A DNA stretch of 64,000 nucleotides from positions 101,184,001 through 101,248,000 of the forward strand of contig OX597820.1 of assembly GCA_951406725.2 (NCBI GenBank), written 5' to 3'. Position 1 is the stretch's first letter. Each line of letters begins with the position of its first letter. Positions 49,255-63,236 of this stretch are shown here, in pieces. This DNA comes from Octopus vulgaris (lineage: Eukaryota). The notes below the pieces were generated by a model. That model searched no databases and was not told the DNA's origin. It saw nothing but the letters and a program-made list of their open reading frames with translations. The position numbers were made by a program, and so were the translations under genes.

Positions 49255-49562
49255 CAGTGGCTCCCAAACATTTTCTGGCTGCTGCCCCCTCGGCACCCCA
49301 GATCACATTCCTAGTGCTCCCCACCCTCCCACGGCTCACCACCACAAACATAGACCACTTTCTGAAGCAAATTCAAAACAACTGTTTTTCACAAAAACTT
49401 AACCATTATTTTAGTTTCTCCATCCATCGCTCCCTTTTGGCTGCCCTGTTATCACCCCACTTTTCTTCACTTTTCTTCAACACCCCTCACCCACACCCGG
49501 ATCTTTCCACCCCACCCTCACACCCCAAGAGGGGGCAATACCACCCACTTTGGGAACCACTG
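49255..49562. mobile_element. hAT (Charlie-like) MITE
   Basis: TIR CAGTGGCTCCCAAA / TTTGGGAACCACTG; 8-bp TSD CTGTAATG / CTGCAATG. Confidence 0.85.
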
Positions 49563-49876
49563 CTGCAATGAGACAAAAAATATATCTTTTCATAAAAAAT
49601 GCTTATGCATTTGATAATAAGTGCTGACTGATGAAACCTTGCAATGGATTAGATTATCTTTACTGTACGTCAACATGTGTGAGTAATTGTGATTCTGATA
49701 TGTTGGCGTGAACTAGTATTTGTTTATTTGATTCACTTTCTTTATATACTTCCCTCTCATTTCTCTCAAACATTTGCTTTCTTTTTCTCACATGTAAACA
49801 AATATGCTCATATACATGCAACCTATGCAGCCTCTGATATGCTTTCTTGATTATATTTGGCATATATATATATACA

Positions 49877-50205
49877 CAAAAATAAGCAACAAGAATGAAT
49901 CCGGTAATTTAGTACAATTGTTTCATACTACAACATTTTATTAAAAGCTGTAAATATTACAGTAGATTTAAGATGCCGAGTAATCTTCAGCTAATTTTAT
50001 ATAGGTTTTCCAATAAGATGTTATTAATTCCCTAAGTTGTTATTAATTGATCTGAGAACTTTATATTATTGGAAAACCTATATAAAATTAGCTGAAGATT
50101 ACTCGGCATCTTAAATCTGCTGTAATATTTACAGCTTTTAATAAAATGTTGTAGTATGAAACAATTGTACTAAATTACCGGATTCATTCTTGTTGCTTAT
50201 TTTTG
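49877..50205. repeat. 140-bp near-perfect inverted repeat (probable Penelope pseudo-LTR remnant)
   Basis: Arms 49877-50016 and 50066-50205, 49-bp spacer, one mismatch seen; (TA)n on both sides of the unit. Confidence 0.9.
50088..50173 (+). ncRNA. Hammerhead ribozyme motif (type I); mirror copy at ~49909-49994 on the minus strand
   Basis: TTAG-CTGAAGA-T-TACT...AGTA-T-GAAA-CAATT-GTA-CTAA; canonical core and palindromic stem III ACAATTGT. Confidence 0.7.
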
Positions 50206-50306
50206 ATTATAATCATCCTGCATATTTTTATGGGTAACAACATAAAAAATTCTGGTGCATCTAAATTAAGTGCCATATTCATTTGAATCTAAATTGTTGC
50301 TGAACT

Positions 50307-50343
<37 letters not shown>

Positions 50344-50816
50344 GAGAGGCATTACCACTATGTGGACACCCTAATGCTAGAAGTAGACAAATTGCGTAAG
50401 TAAAATTACGTAATTCTGTTAATAGTGAAACATTGTTTATGATTAATCTATATTTTTGTTACTTTTCATTTGTCTTGCTCGCTTATGTTTCTGGTGTTTG
50501 CTAAATTTTCTAAAGTCGTAAGACACCCGCTGTTATCCTGTTTTTAACCATTATTGTTTTCAATTTTGTTCTGTTTCTTGTATTTATATTCGTCTCTGTT
50601 GAGTTTACATTCTTTCCTTCTACCAAGAAATCTAATGCTCACAGCTTAGTGTTTTCCTTGGGGCTGGCCGAGTTGGAGCAAATATCAGAATTAATCAGTC
50701 GAAATTTGCTATGATGATTCGGTTTCTGACTGAAGATTGAAGGCTTCGAATGACTTGTCTGTTTTCCGTGTTCGTCCCTTCGTGTATTTCACATTCTTTA
50801 TATATAAATTTTTATT

Positions 50817-50854
<38 letters not shown>

Positions 50855-53800
50855 TACATGCACATGCCTAAATATATATATATATGCATGCCTATGCCAA
50901 CATATACATGCTAAAAAGCACTTGTGCCAGCATCACCTGAAAAGCACTCATGCTGGAGTCACATAGAGGCATTTGTGCTAGTGCCATGTAAAAAGCACCC
51001 ATCACAATTTGTAAAGTAGTTGGTGTTAGGAAGGGCATCCAGCTGTATAAACCATGCCAGAACAGACAAATGGAGTTTGGGCACGTCTCTGGTTGGTCAG
51101 CCCCTGTCAAACCATCTAACCCATCACAGCATGGAAAACAGATGTTAAATGATGATGATGGTGCTGATAGGTGTAGGGATGGCCGAGTGGTTAAGAAGCT
51201 TGTGGTCACATTCACGTAGTTTTGGGTTCAATTTCATTGTGCTGCTACACCCTGGGCAAGTGTCTTCTACTGTAGCCTCTAGCAGGCAAGAGCTTTGTGA
51301 ATGGATTTGGTAGATGGAAACTGTGTTAGAGCTTATGTCCTGTCTTTGTGTTTGTCCCCACCCCACCTTGCATTGCTTGACAACTGGTGTTGGTTTGTTT
51401 ATATCTCTGTAATTTACCAGTTCAGCAAACAGAACTGATGGAGTAAGTACCAAACGTTTTTAAAAGAAAAACTACTGGGGGAATTTCATTAACTAAAACC
51501 TTTCAATGACTAAAATAAGTAAAAGAGTACTTGGCTGTCTGTCTACCTCCTTTCTTACACACAACATAGATATTTACAAAAATATTTGTAGATAAGTACA
51601 TCTTACTTGTGCTATATTTTTGATGTGAGTTATTGTTAGACTAGTACAATATAGCTCCCTGCTACTCCATATCAGATTATAACTACAGAGGGCAACAAAC
51701 TTATATATAGATATAACAAACTTGCATGTAAATATAACAGCATTGACTGACATCATCCTAATACATGCACTCATACACAGAAATAATGAAATTGTCAAAA
51801 ACTGGTTCACAATTATTAATTTGAATACAGAGAAATTCCCGTACACAGTTTTCTTACCAAGCTCTTCACGAGACCTCGGGGAAGCTCATATATATTAAGC
51901 CTAAACTTATATCAACAGTGAAGTATCTTAAAACATCAGGACTCATGCTTGGTTCAAAACTAACTAACATTTAACAGTGGCCTTCAAGAGAACACGTAAC
52001 ATTCTTAAATATTTAATATATAAAACACTGAGAGAGAGAGAGAGAGAGAGAGGAGGAGGAGGAGGAAAGAATTCTGTTATTACTAAACTATCATATGACT
52101 TAAATAGAATTTTGAAATATCAGAAATCCCACTGCTGTATATGGGTGCAGTTCTGGCTGTGTGGTTAAGAAGTGAAGTTTTCTTTGCAACTATATAGTTT
52201 CAGGTTTGATTCCAATGAATGGCACTTTGGACAAATGTCTTCTAGCTATGATTTTGGTTTGATTAATACTTTGTGAGTAGAATTTTACTGATGAAAACTT
52301 TTTGCATATGTCTACACACATCTGCCACCGCTGCCGCCTACAAAAAAAAATTCATATCCATCACTTTCCCCACATGCCTGCTTCCAGACACAAACACATC
52401 CCTGTACTTGCACGTACACAACTGCACCCCCCACCTCATTAAATCCCCACTCTGTCTCCATGGAACTGCATTTGCACCTGGTTCATAATTCTACGTTTCT
52501 TTTTTTCCCTCTCTCACTGACTGTTATTCTTTCTCACACTCCTTCCCCTGCTTTTCTCTTATGATGAAGGATTGATGTCCAAATCATTAAGATTCTCTTT
52601 CCATTAAAGTGTTAGTCTGTGTGTGTGTGTGTGTTGTGTATTGCACATCAGTGAAGGGTGTATTTGGTGTATTTGGCAGCAAGTAAACCAACTATTCTGT
52701 TGCTTTCAGAATGAAGTCCCTTGAGATGCACTCACTATATTACAGACAATTCTTTATCACTCCAGCCATCAAAAGAGGCAGTGAACCAGTGATTGGCCTG
52801 ATGGGAAACCTGTAATCAAGGGCACTATTGTTCACAAATATTACAGCTTGAAATTAATAAATGATCAGAATCAATGCATATCAACAACTATATATTGATT
52901 GAAAATTAATTACTATCATTATCATGATGATAATTATCATCAAACGAGTTAAATATAAGTTGTTCAGAATTTCAGTATGGCCTCTCCTCATCCAGCATTG
53001 TTCATCATTGCCATCACCATCACCACCACCACCACCACCACCACCATCATCATTAAGCATCTGTCGTCCATGCTGGCAAGGATTAGATGGTTTGACAAGA
53101 TCTGCTGGGTCAGAGGATTGCATGATACTCCAACGCCTGCTTTGACTTAGTTTCTGTGAGTGGATATCCTTCCCAGACCTCACTGAGATTTTATCCTGAA
53201 ACTTTAAAATGTTATCTAACCACTTGGCTCTAAGTCTTATTCAACTGAGATGCTTAATGAAACTAAAAAAAATGTAAAAATGCTAATTTATTTGTCTTGG
53301 AGTAGACAGGGGAGCTTAAAACAGTATTAATCCTCTGAATGACTGTACACTTGAGAAACAATTTAATCTTGTTTGCAATGCCAAAGATTAGTGTTGAGTT
53401 GCCAATCATCAATTAACTTAGATACTTTTTGTGTTAATGATAATCAATCTCTCTTAATAACCACGTTCAACCCACCAATCTAATTTTGAAATGGTACCTA
53501 TTTATATTTTAGTCAGATAAACTGTGTAAGCCTCGTAAACTGTGTAATGTGGAAGAGAGAAAAGTGAGTAGGCAATTATGAATCTCAATATCCTCTTACA
53601 GGTGATAACAGGTAATAACAGCAGTTGATTTGCTGGCTGGAAGGGTGATGTTACTACATTCCATTATGGTACTCTACTCTGTTTCTCTGGCATTGATAGT
53701 TATCTTATTGTGGGCCTTGCTCAATGGTTACCATGGGGGAATTTATATTTTACTGCTGGGAGCTGCAATATTTTAATGTAATAGACAATAAGCTTACAAT

Positions 53801-54775
53801 GATGATCTTAATTTGCCATGTATGCATCAATTTACTGTAGAATGGTGCCTAGTGCCTTCAGTGGTATGTGAATACATCTCCCTACTGTTTTGTTGAGACT
53901 AACCAAGTTTGAAAACATCGTTGGGATTGTTTTATTTCACTTATGCTGAGAATGTCATAAACACACATACATATACACCACACACAACACACTAAACACG
54001 CTCAACATGTGCACATACTCACACACACATATACACACAAGTCTGGTTTCATTCAAAAGGTTGAGCCTTTATATAAACTAGACATTATCTGTGGTTTTAT
54101 ATTTCTTAATAGACACAAGTAATAGATTGAGATAACAAGAAGTTAACCCATAAGTAATCAAGATAAGATGCTTTGATTAAGACGACAACATTCTTACATG
54201 AAGCAAACCAAACATGTATATATCATCATCATCATCATTATCATAAAGGTTCCTCCTAAAAAGTGCTAATTTTTGTATGCTGGAGTAGCTGAAGGAGAGT
54301 TTGCACACCATTTTAATAACCATTTGTTTTGTTTAAACGATACTTATAAAAATATTTATGTTAGATATTAATGTTTCATAAACATAGATACTGATACAGT
54401 GAGAGTAAGTTTTCTAAAAGACATGGTAAGCCTACAAGTATGATAAAGCCTCCCTGTGGTTAATTGACTGTTTAGAAATAACAGCCAAATTTTTCTCAAA
54501 TTACACTCTAACATATATTTTTTTAAATAAGGAAAAACATGTAGGATTATGTTACCTGAAAATATGATGGAATAGTTATGGCTGCAATGCCTTTGATCAT
54601 AATTTTAATTGATCAGACCTCACTTGAGGCTTAATTACATAAGTCACCACCCCACCCTGTGTTGATACCATTATAAAATTGATAAGTGGATTATTAGTTC
54701 CAGTGCCAGGTTCAATACTCACTTTGGTAGAACTTGAAGAGAGACGAGCCACACTAAGCTGAATTTCTTTTCTAA

Positions 54776-55450
54776 GGTGCAGGTGTAGCTGTATGGCTAA
54801 GAATTTTGCTTTATGACCACATGGTTTCAGGTTCAATCCCACTACGTGGCAGCTTTGGCAAGCATCTTCTGCTATAGTTCTAAGCTGACCAAAGCTTTGT
54901 GAGCAGATTTGGGAGACAGAGACTGAAAGAATCCTGTGTGTGCATGTGTGTGTATATTTGTTATTTCTTTATTGCCCACAAGGGGCTAAACATAGAGGGG
55001 ACAAACAAGGACAGACAAGGGGATTAAGTCGATTACATCGACCCCAGTGTGTAACTGGTACTTAATTTATCAACCCCGAAAGGATGAAAGGCAAAGTCAA
55101 CCTCGGTGGAATTTGAACTCAGAACGTAACGGCAGACGAAATACCGCTAAACATTTCGCCCGGTGTGCAAACGTCTCTGCCAGCTCGCTGCCTTGTGTGT
55201 ATATTTGTGTCTCTTTGACTTCACACTGTGTGATAGTTGTACATGATCATAACTGTCACTGTCATAGAATCTGTGTAATTAATTTCCAATATTCTGTGAA
55301 GCATGTCTGGCCCTGGGAAATATTACCTTGCTTGGAAACAAATGTGGGTTTGTGATGGGAAGAGCATCCTGCTATAGAAAATCTGCCTCAATAATCTCCA
55401 ACTGACCCATGCTTGCATGGAAAAGGGAACATTAAAATCACGATGATAAT
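54776..55450 (+). mobile_element. SINE family B with RTE-type tail, interrupted by an antisense SINE A (~54962-55194)
   Basis: Head at 54776; TGTGTGTATATTTG duplicated on both sides of the insert; tail GACCCATGCTTGCATGGAAAAG. Confidence 0.75.
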
Positions 55451-56202
55451 GATAATATTACACAGTTATGGACTCTTCAGTTGTGACTCTCCGCCCTAAT
55501 TAGTGTATTTTTTACATAATTTCTCACTTATTTTTTGATATTTTTGTGGCACTTTTTGCACTTTTGCACGGTATTTCAGGTACCTTTCTGAATATTTTGA
55601 AAATAAATTGAACAGTTCTATTTTAATTATATTAGTTAATATAAAGAAGAGCTGGCTTAGTACCTACCTACTGTTCCATGTTGATTTCCTGCTTGATAAT
55701 TATAGTACTGAAATTTCATATATAAAGGTTTATTATTTATGAGCATTACAATTGTAATTGTTCATTCAGTAGTTTTTTGATTATTTTTTTTTTTTTTTAG
55801 AATTTTTTTAAACATGAATTCATTTAATAAGTTGGTTGTCATACATTTGGTATATTATTTGATTTTTGTATTTTAGAGAAATCAATAATATGTTGGAACT
55901 CATTGCATTTCCACAAGGTGGAATAAAGTAATTTTAGTGTCAGTGATTTTTGGTCATTTCAGAACTCAGCTTCACAAAGTTGTCTTATTTTTAACATATA
56001 TTATAATAAATTAACTCATATAATATATCTCCCCTCTATTTAAAGTGCAGGCATGATAAGAAATTTGCTCCCCAAACCAGATGGTACCAATGTGTAGCAT
56101 CTGGGGCAAGACTTTTCTACTATAGCCTTGGGCTGACCAGAGCCTTGTAAGTGGCAATTAGATTAACAGATATACATATATATATATATATATATATACA
56201 CA

Positions 56203-56760
56203 CAGGGTGTGGTGAATAAACTGTTGTCTAAATTATACAAAAATGAAAATAACACTGATATCTTGTTATCTTGTTTTAACACATATATTTACCAAAATTA
56301 CAAAAAAAAAAAATCTTGAAATACTAAAGAGTAAATTTATTCAATAAAATCACCATTGGTTTCAACCATGGCCTCTAGATGACTTTGAGATCTCCTGCAA
56401 CTCTTCTGGACAGTCTCCTTGTTTAAGTTGGTGAATGCTGCCATAATCCTTGCCTTCTGTTCATCTTTGGTGTTACAAGGAGTTTTGTTGGTCAACTGCA
56501 CCCCACACATAATAATGAAGGCGGTTGCAGTCTAGGGAGTTACGTGGCCAGATGTTAGGGATGATGTGGTCATAGAAATTGTCTGACAGCTATGACTGGG
56601 TTCTCCTGCTTGTGTGGCATGGTGCAGAGTCCTGTTGCTAGACATAGGGTCTTCCAGCAGCCACCCTCTTGACCTAGGGCAGCACTACCTCCTCCGGATG
56701 CTTGATATAGTCTTCTGTGTTGTGTCTGAAGCTGTCTGGGAAGATGAATGGAGGCATAAC
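56203..56760 (-). mobile_element. Decayed maT/Tc1-mariner transposon 3' end
   Basis: Minus strand MPPFIFP...QQDSAPCHTSRRTQ...IWPRNSLDCNRLHYYVWG...NGDFIE*; terminus CAGGGTG next to (TA)n. Confidence 0.8.
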
Positions 56761-57579
56761 ATTGCCTTTCATCCTATTATGAGGCCATGGTAGTATTGGT
56801 GGACACTGAGTGGATACTCAGAAGAGGCAAGACATTAAGCTGAGATTGTTTGACTGGAGATGATTTGTTAGAATTGGCAGAGAGAAGAGACAGTATGTCT
56901 ATGGGTCAGATGCTGGAGTGTGTTTGCAATTGATCACATGCCAATTGATCGAGTATCTTTTCTTTAGATATGGTCTGTGATAATGATTACTAAGTATTTT
57001 AACTTTCTTCAAATCAAAAATTTTTTTTGTATTTTAATTTATCTAAATATGTTTATAGATATAAAACTGTGTGGTGAAGTTGCCCTTCAAATCAGTTTGA
57101 TTTCAGTCCCACTGCATGGCACCCTGGGCAAGTGTTTTCTGCTAAAGCTCTGGGCTGACCAAACATTTGTCAGTGGATTTTAATAGATGGAAACTGAAGG
57201 TAGCCTGTTGTATATATGTATGTGTTTATGTTTGTATGTATGTATGTATGTATGTGTATGTGTTTATATTTGTATACACACACACGTGTGTGTGTGTGTG
57301 TGTGATCTTGGTGTTGTGCAATAATTGTAAACAAGCATCATTGCCATACATGCAGTGTAGTTTCCTTTCAATCCGCCATGGAAACATGTCTGGCCATGAG
57401 AAAATTTAACCTTGCTTTGAAACAGATGAGTGTTGGCAACAGGAATGGTATTCAGCCATAGAATATCTGCCTCAATGAATTTCATGTAACCCATGCAAGC
57501 AAGAAAAAGAGGGCACTAAAACAATGATAACAAATTTTTTTATATACACTGTGAACAGAAAAAATATGGGTGAAGAGAC

Positions 57580-57987
57580 TAGTTGATTATATCGACCCCA
57601 GTGTTTCACTGGTACTTAATTTATTGACCCCAAAAGGATGAAAGGCAAAGTCAACTCTGGCAGAATTTGATCTCAGAACGTAACAATGAACGAAATACTG
57701 CTAAATGTTTTGGCCTGCATGCTAGCAATTCTGTCAGCTTGCTGCCTTAATATAATAATAATAATAATAATAATCCTTTCTGCTGTAGGCACAAGGTCTG
57801 AAATTTTGGGTGAGGGGGCCAGTTGATTAGATTGACCTCAGTATGCAACTGGTACTTAATTTATTGACCCCGAAAGGATGAAAGGTAAAGTCGACCATGG
57901 CAGAATTTGAACTCAGACTGTAGCAGCAGATGAAATACTGCTAAGCATTTTGCCCAGTGTGCTAACGATTCTGCCAGCTCGCCGCAT
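57580..57987 (-). mobile_element. Two SINE family A copies separated by (TAA)n
   Basis: Two cores and heads with (TAA)n between and after. Confidence 0.8.
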
Positions 57988-58851
57988 TCTTAATAATTAT
58001 AATAATAATAATAATAATAATTAATAATAACAATAACAATAACAACAAACACACACACGCACACGCATGTGTATATTCTATATTAGATTTGATAGTATTA
58101 TTTTGTAAATTAAAAAGAGAAATATGATTTTTATTTTGTTCCTGGAACACTAACTACATACTTTTGCTGAAATACTCTTCGAGATAATCATTTGCAATCT
58201 GTGTTAAAACATTCCCTTAGGGCAATGTTCTTGAGGGGAAAAAAATTGCATCTAAAAAACGATGTAGGTAGCTGACTACCTGCTCTGCTAGATCAGGTGA
58301 TTTAATTCTAAATGTAATCTCTTCTTAGCTTTATATTGGAGAGAGAGAGAGAGAGAGATAATGAATGAACGTTCATTTATTTAGCTGGTTTGTATTGAAA
58401 AAGTTTTTTTTATAGCTCGTTAATAATTGTTCCTACTTGCTTTTGTAAGCTCTCTCATTAATGTATTTTAAATCCTTTTTATACAATGTTATTGTTTTGG
58501 TATTTGCGTAATGTTTTCATACATTTTCAACTAGTTTTCTTTTTTTAATTTTTAGCATTATTTTTCTCTCATCAACTACATATCTTTTGTTCTTGTTGAT
58601 TTTAATCTCTGATATATATTCTATAATTATCTTTATTATTATTTTTTTTTCCATTGTAAATTGTTGGTGTTAATCTTTAAATTATGAGAATTCTTATTCA
58701 ATTTAAGTTTAGAAATTTAGATTTTATTCTGAGTTTAATAATTCATGTTTTTTTTTTGTCTAGCTATGCCTTTAAGGAATGACATTTGTTCTGTATTTTG
58801 TGTAACATTTGTTCTTGAAAACTAACCAGGAACACTGATATGCAACAAATA

Positions 58852-59059
58852 TTCTTTTCTACTCAAGGTCTGAAATTTTTTGGGAGGGGGACAGTCGATT
58901 AGATTGACCCCAGTATGCAACTGGTACTTAATTTATCGACCCTGAAAGGATGAAAGGCAAAGTCGACCTCGATGGACTTTGAACTCAGAACGTAAAGACA
59001 GATGAAATATCTCTAAGCGTTTCACCTTGCGTGCTAACGTGTCTGCTAGCTCACTGCCT
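58852..59059 (-). mobile_element. SINE family A with long TSD
   Basis: TGATATGCAACAAATATT duplicated on both sides. Confidence 0.8.
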
Positions 59060-60510
59060 TTGATATGCAACAAATATTAAAAGATGAGAATAGAAGCCAC
59101 ATTTACCTTACATCTGTGACAATGTTTAGCATAAAGACAAGATGTTGGAAAATTTGAAAATATATTAAGCCCATAATTAGAAACCTGTTTTATGAAACTT
59201 CAGACGTGTCTCAAAAGACTTCTATCATAGTAAAGTTGGCACTAGAATCATTACTGTCTCTTACGTTGATACCATTTTGCTGTTTGGGTATGATCCCACT
59301 AAGCAACACCTTGGGTAGAAGTAAGCTGCATAGAATCCCATTAGACGAACTGTACATGTTTTGAGGCGGTACGCTTAATCTATTGACCAGTTTCATACCA
59401 CCACCTAACTTTTAGGTCTCTTTAGAGGATTCCTATCTATTGCAAATATTTGAGTTAAGTTTCTGAATGTTTATGGCCTGAGGATAACCTGATCTTATTG
59501 AACTGTTTCCTACTGCAACCAGCTGTGAAGCATTCATCTTTTCCTCCACAAGCCTTGGCGGCCTTGCCCTTCCACTTTTGGCCAAGTCATAAAAAACAAA
59601 TCTGCTAGAAACAACTTTACTATGTGACTGTCTTGAAGAGCTGTTCAAAATTATATCCTTTAGCTAAGATTAGATTCTTTAGCTAAGACCAACAGCAGCT
59701 TATCAGATCAGTTCCAGATATTTTTATTTGTTGTCACTGAAAGTTGACATCAGCTGTAGCAAGGAATCTTTACTAATAAAGAAATGTTCTGGGAAAAAAT
59801 TTATCAGAACTCATTTGTGATACTATCACTCTATTCTTTTTCTAATTCAGACACATTGTATCTTAGTCAAATCAAAGCATCAGAGGCCATCATCTAGTCT
59901 GCTCTGTAAATGATTGCAGATTTTGTGAATTGTGGAGTCTGTCATTGAATAATGTAATTGGTTAGACTCAACAACTTTGTTTTCTGCTTGACTGCTTTAG
60001 CTTTTCATTTTCAGATGTCATGAATTAAAAAAAATCAACTCAAGCAGACTGTTCTTTAGTAGAAAGAATTAGAAGCAAAGCTTTCTAAAGCCTGTTTCTT
60101 TAGTGTTTGTGGTCACTGGTAATAGAATTTAATATCAGACAGCTATGGAAAATAAATCATACAATGTTTGATAACCTGTTTTCCAGGTATTAATGAAACA
60201 TACTTGTGATATTACCCAAGAATGGTTAAACAAGAAACAAGAAATAAATTTATTGCTCTATTTTTCTATGCATTTGATTTGCCTTTTGCTCACCCTCTTT
60301 CTTTGTGTGTGTGTGTGTATGTATCTGTCTATTATATTTAGAATAATTATGCTATATTTGCATACAGAGAGACAGGTATAAATTGGCTCAACAGATTTCC
60401 ACCACTCTACTATTTATGTCTGTGTGGAAATAAGCAAAGGAAAAATATTGTAAATCACAAAACAACAGAATGTGTATATGTACAACTGAGTGATATATAT
60501 ATATATATCT

Positions 60511-60848
60511 GAGACCCCCTTTGGTCACGACATTGACCATGGGTTTGCACCTAGAAAGTTACCCTCCCAGGCACAAGTCCGGGCAAGGTTGTTTATGGAA
60601 GACCAGCAGTCACCCATACATACCGGCCTCCCCTCTTCACGCCACCAGTGTTATCCAAGGGAAAGGCAAAGGGGCCAATAGAGCTTGGCACCTGTGACGT
60701 CGCAACTCATTTCTACAGCTGAGTGAACTGGAGCAACGTGAAATAAAGTGTCTTGCTCAAGAACAACACGCAGCCCAGTCCGGGATTTGAGCTCACAACC
60801 TCACGATTGTAAGTTCGACACTCTAACCACTGAGCCATGCGCCTTCCT
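60511..60848 (-). mobile_element. tRNA-derived SINE family C (V-SINE-like core)
   Basis: Minus strand TGGCTCAGTGGTTAGAG...GAGCTCAAATCCC boxes followed by TTGAGCAAGACACTTTATT...TTGCTCCAGTTCACTCAGCTGTAGAAATG. Confidence 0.7.
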
Positions 60849-61159
60849 CGAACAACATGCACATGCTTATATGCATTTTGTTTGCTAAATAGCTAGAGAT
60901 AGGCTTATCATCTGTATTCACAAACATGTGCATATGTATAATGCATTTTTTTCTTCATTTATATTTTGCTTGTTTCTGTCGTTGACGTGCTGCCATGCTG
61001 GGGCTCTGCCTTGAAGGATTTAGTTGAACAAACTGACCCCAATACTTATTTTCTGTCCGGCACTTTTTTTATCAGCCTCTTTTGCTGAGCTGCTAAGTTA
61101 TGTGGACATAAACCAACACCAGTTGTCAGGCAGTGGCAAGAGACAAACAACACAACAAC

Positions 61160-61214
<55 letters not shown>

Positions 61215-62986
61215 ATGACAGGCTTTCACACAGTTTCTGTTTGTCAGATTCACTTACAAGGCATTGGTTGGCCCCAAAGCTATTGTAGAAAACACTTGCC
61301 CAAGATGCTATGCAATGGAATTGAACCTGAATCCATGTGGTTGCAAGGTGAGATTCTAAACCATGCAGCCATACAGGCACTTATGTGTGTGTGTGTATGT
61401 ATGTGTGTGTGTGTGTGTTATGTATTGTTTAGTTAGGGTACTTTGTGATTTTTTTGCCCATTATTCAATGAACAAGCAGGTTAGGTGTTTAACATCGATC
61501 AGTTCTTTGTTATTCCTAAAAACATTGTTTTATTACTTCGTATGCCTGTATTCTTAGCTTGTGCATTTGTTGACTTACTTTATATGAAGCTAACTTCTTG
61601 AGTGTAGGACATTTCTTGAGTCAATCTAGGTCAGTTGATAGTAGGGTTGGAGGAAAGGTTTAAAACAGCTAACAGAAACATGACTTACTTCATGAATGTT
61701 CTAACTGGCTATTTCACCTGTCACAAGAGAATGTGAAGTAGGCTCAGAATGATAGATATTCTTCTGCTGACCACATTTGCTGGGGGTGTGCATTTAAATA
61801 TCTATATTTGGTTGTTAATACTCTAAGTAACATACCACATTGTGTCTTTATGTATCATTTGTCTGAAATGGAGGGGGAGGACCTTGTGATTAGAATAGTA
61901 ATTTGTGATCATTAAATATGATCCATTGTTGTTTAACTCGACTCTCCGTAATTGATCCTGTTTGAATAAACAGATCTTTGGTTAAAGGCATTCAAATCAT
62001 GAAAGGTTTTAAGAATTTAGGCATACTTTTTGGGATTACTGAAACACTTGAGAATCACACACACACACACACAAATGCACATGCGCATGCGCACACACAC
62101 ACATACACACACCACGCACACAATGTACTTCTTTCAGTTTCTATCTACCAAATCCACTCACAAGGCTTTGGTTGGCCTGAGACTATAGTAGAAGACCATA
62201 TTTAGTAGTTGCCCAAGGTGTTATGCACCTTAATCACTAAGTCATGTGCTTTCATACACACACACATATATGTACGTATATGTGTGTGTGTGTGTATCTT
62301 TGTGTCTGTGTTTGTGCTTCAATGCTGCTTGACAACCAGTGTTGGTGTGTTTATATCCCTTTAACTTAGCAGTTTGGAAAAAGTACCAGGCTTGAAATAA
62401 ATAAGTAACAGGGTTGATTCATTCGACTAAAAATCCTTCAAGGTGGTGCCCCAGCATGGCCACAGTCAAATGACTGAAACCAAAAATAAAAGATAACAGC
62501 AAAACATTTAGAATTACTAATTATTTGGAGATGCCCTCCACATAAGTATGATTTAATATTAGAAAATATTTGATAGGCTGTGGTGGGCATGTGTAATGTC
62601 AGTGACTATCTGATGGTGAACTGTTGTTGATAAAACAATTTACACTGTAGGTGTCATTAGCTTGATGTTTCCCAAACTCTTGTATAATATTTGGTGTGAT
62701 TGAGTTTTGTGTAAACTCCAACCTTGAAGTTTTCTTCTATACATCTTTCAATGATGTTATTAATTTTTAATTTTCCCACCTCCTCACCCTCCTTTTCTCT
62801 CATGTTATTCTAAATGGTGAATTATAAAATAACAAGATTTTACAATTTTATCAATGAATAATGATGTATATATTTTCATTGTTAATCAATTAATGTACAA
62901 TTCTCGGGGATGAGATGGAAGTGAGAGAAAGAGAGGGGAAAGAAGGAAAAGACCATTTACACTAAAATGATTTAGATTATTGCTTG

Positions 62987-63236
62987 ACGTGGCACGTTAA
63001 AAGCACCAACCAATCGTGGCTGCTGCCAGACTCCCCTGGCACCTGTGCCGGTGGCACGTAAAAAGCACCCACTACACTCACGGAGTGGTTGGCGTTAGGA
63101 AGGGCATCCAGCTGTAGAAACACTGCCAGATCAGACTGGAGCCTGGTGCCGCCTCCTGGCTTCCCAGACCCCGGTCGAACCGTCCAACCCATGCTAGCGC
63201 AGAAAACAGACGTTAAACGATGATGATGATGATGAT
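62987..63236 (+). mobile_element. RTE 3'UTR fragment, young
   Basis: CpG-rich near-consensus copy with (GAT)n tail. Confidence 0.85.

Noticed and set aside
50341-50820. TA-flanked unit with GAAA and CTGAAGA as a type II hammerhead
   Set aside because: The motifs pair with each other in a simple hairpin; probably an unclassified repeat fragment
59190-59700. Unique-looking segment with two short minus-strand ORFs as a host exon
   Set aside because: No recognisable domain, stops between the ORFs and no convincing splice sites
60770-60848. tRNA gene
   Set aside because: tRNA-like A/B boxes continue into a SINE core; no intact cloverleaf
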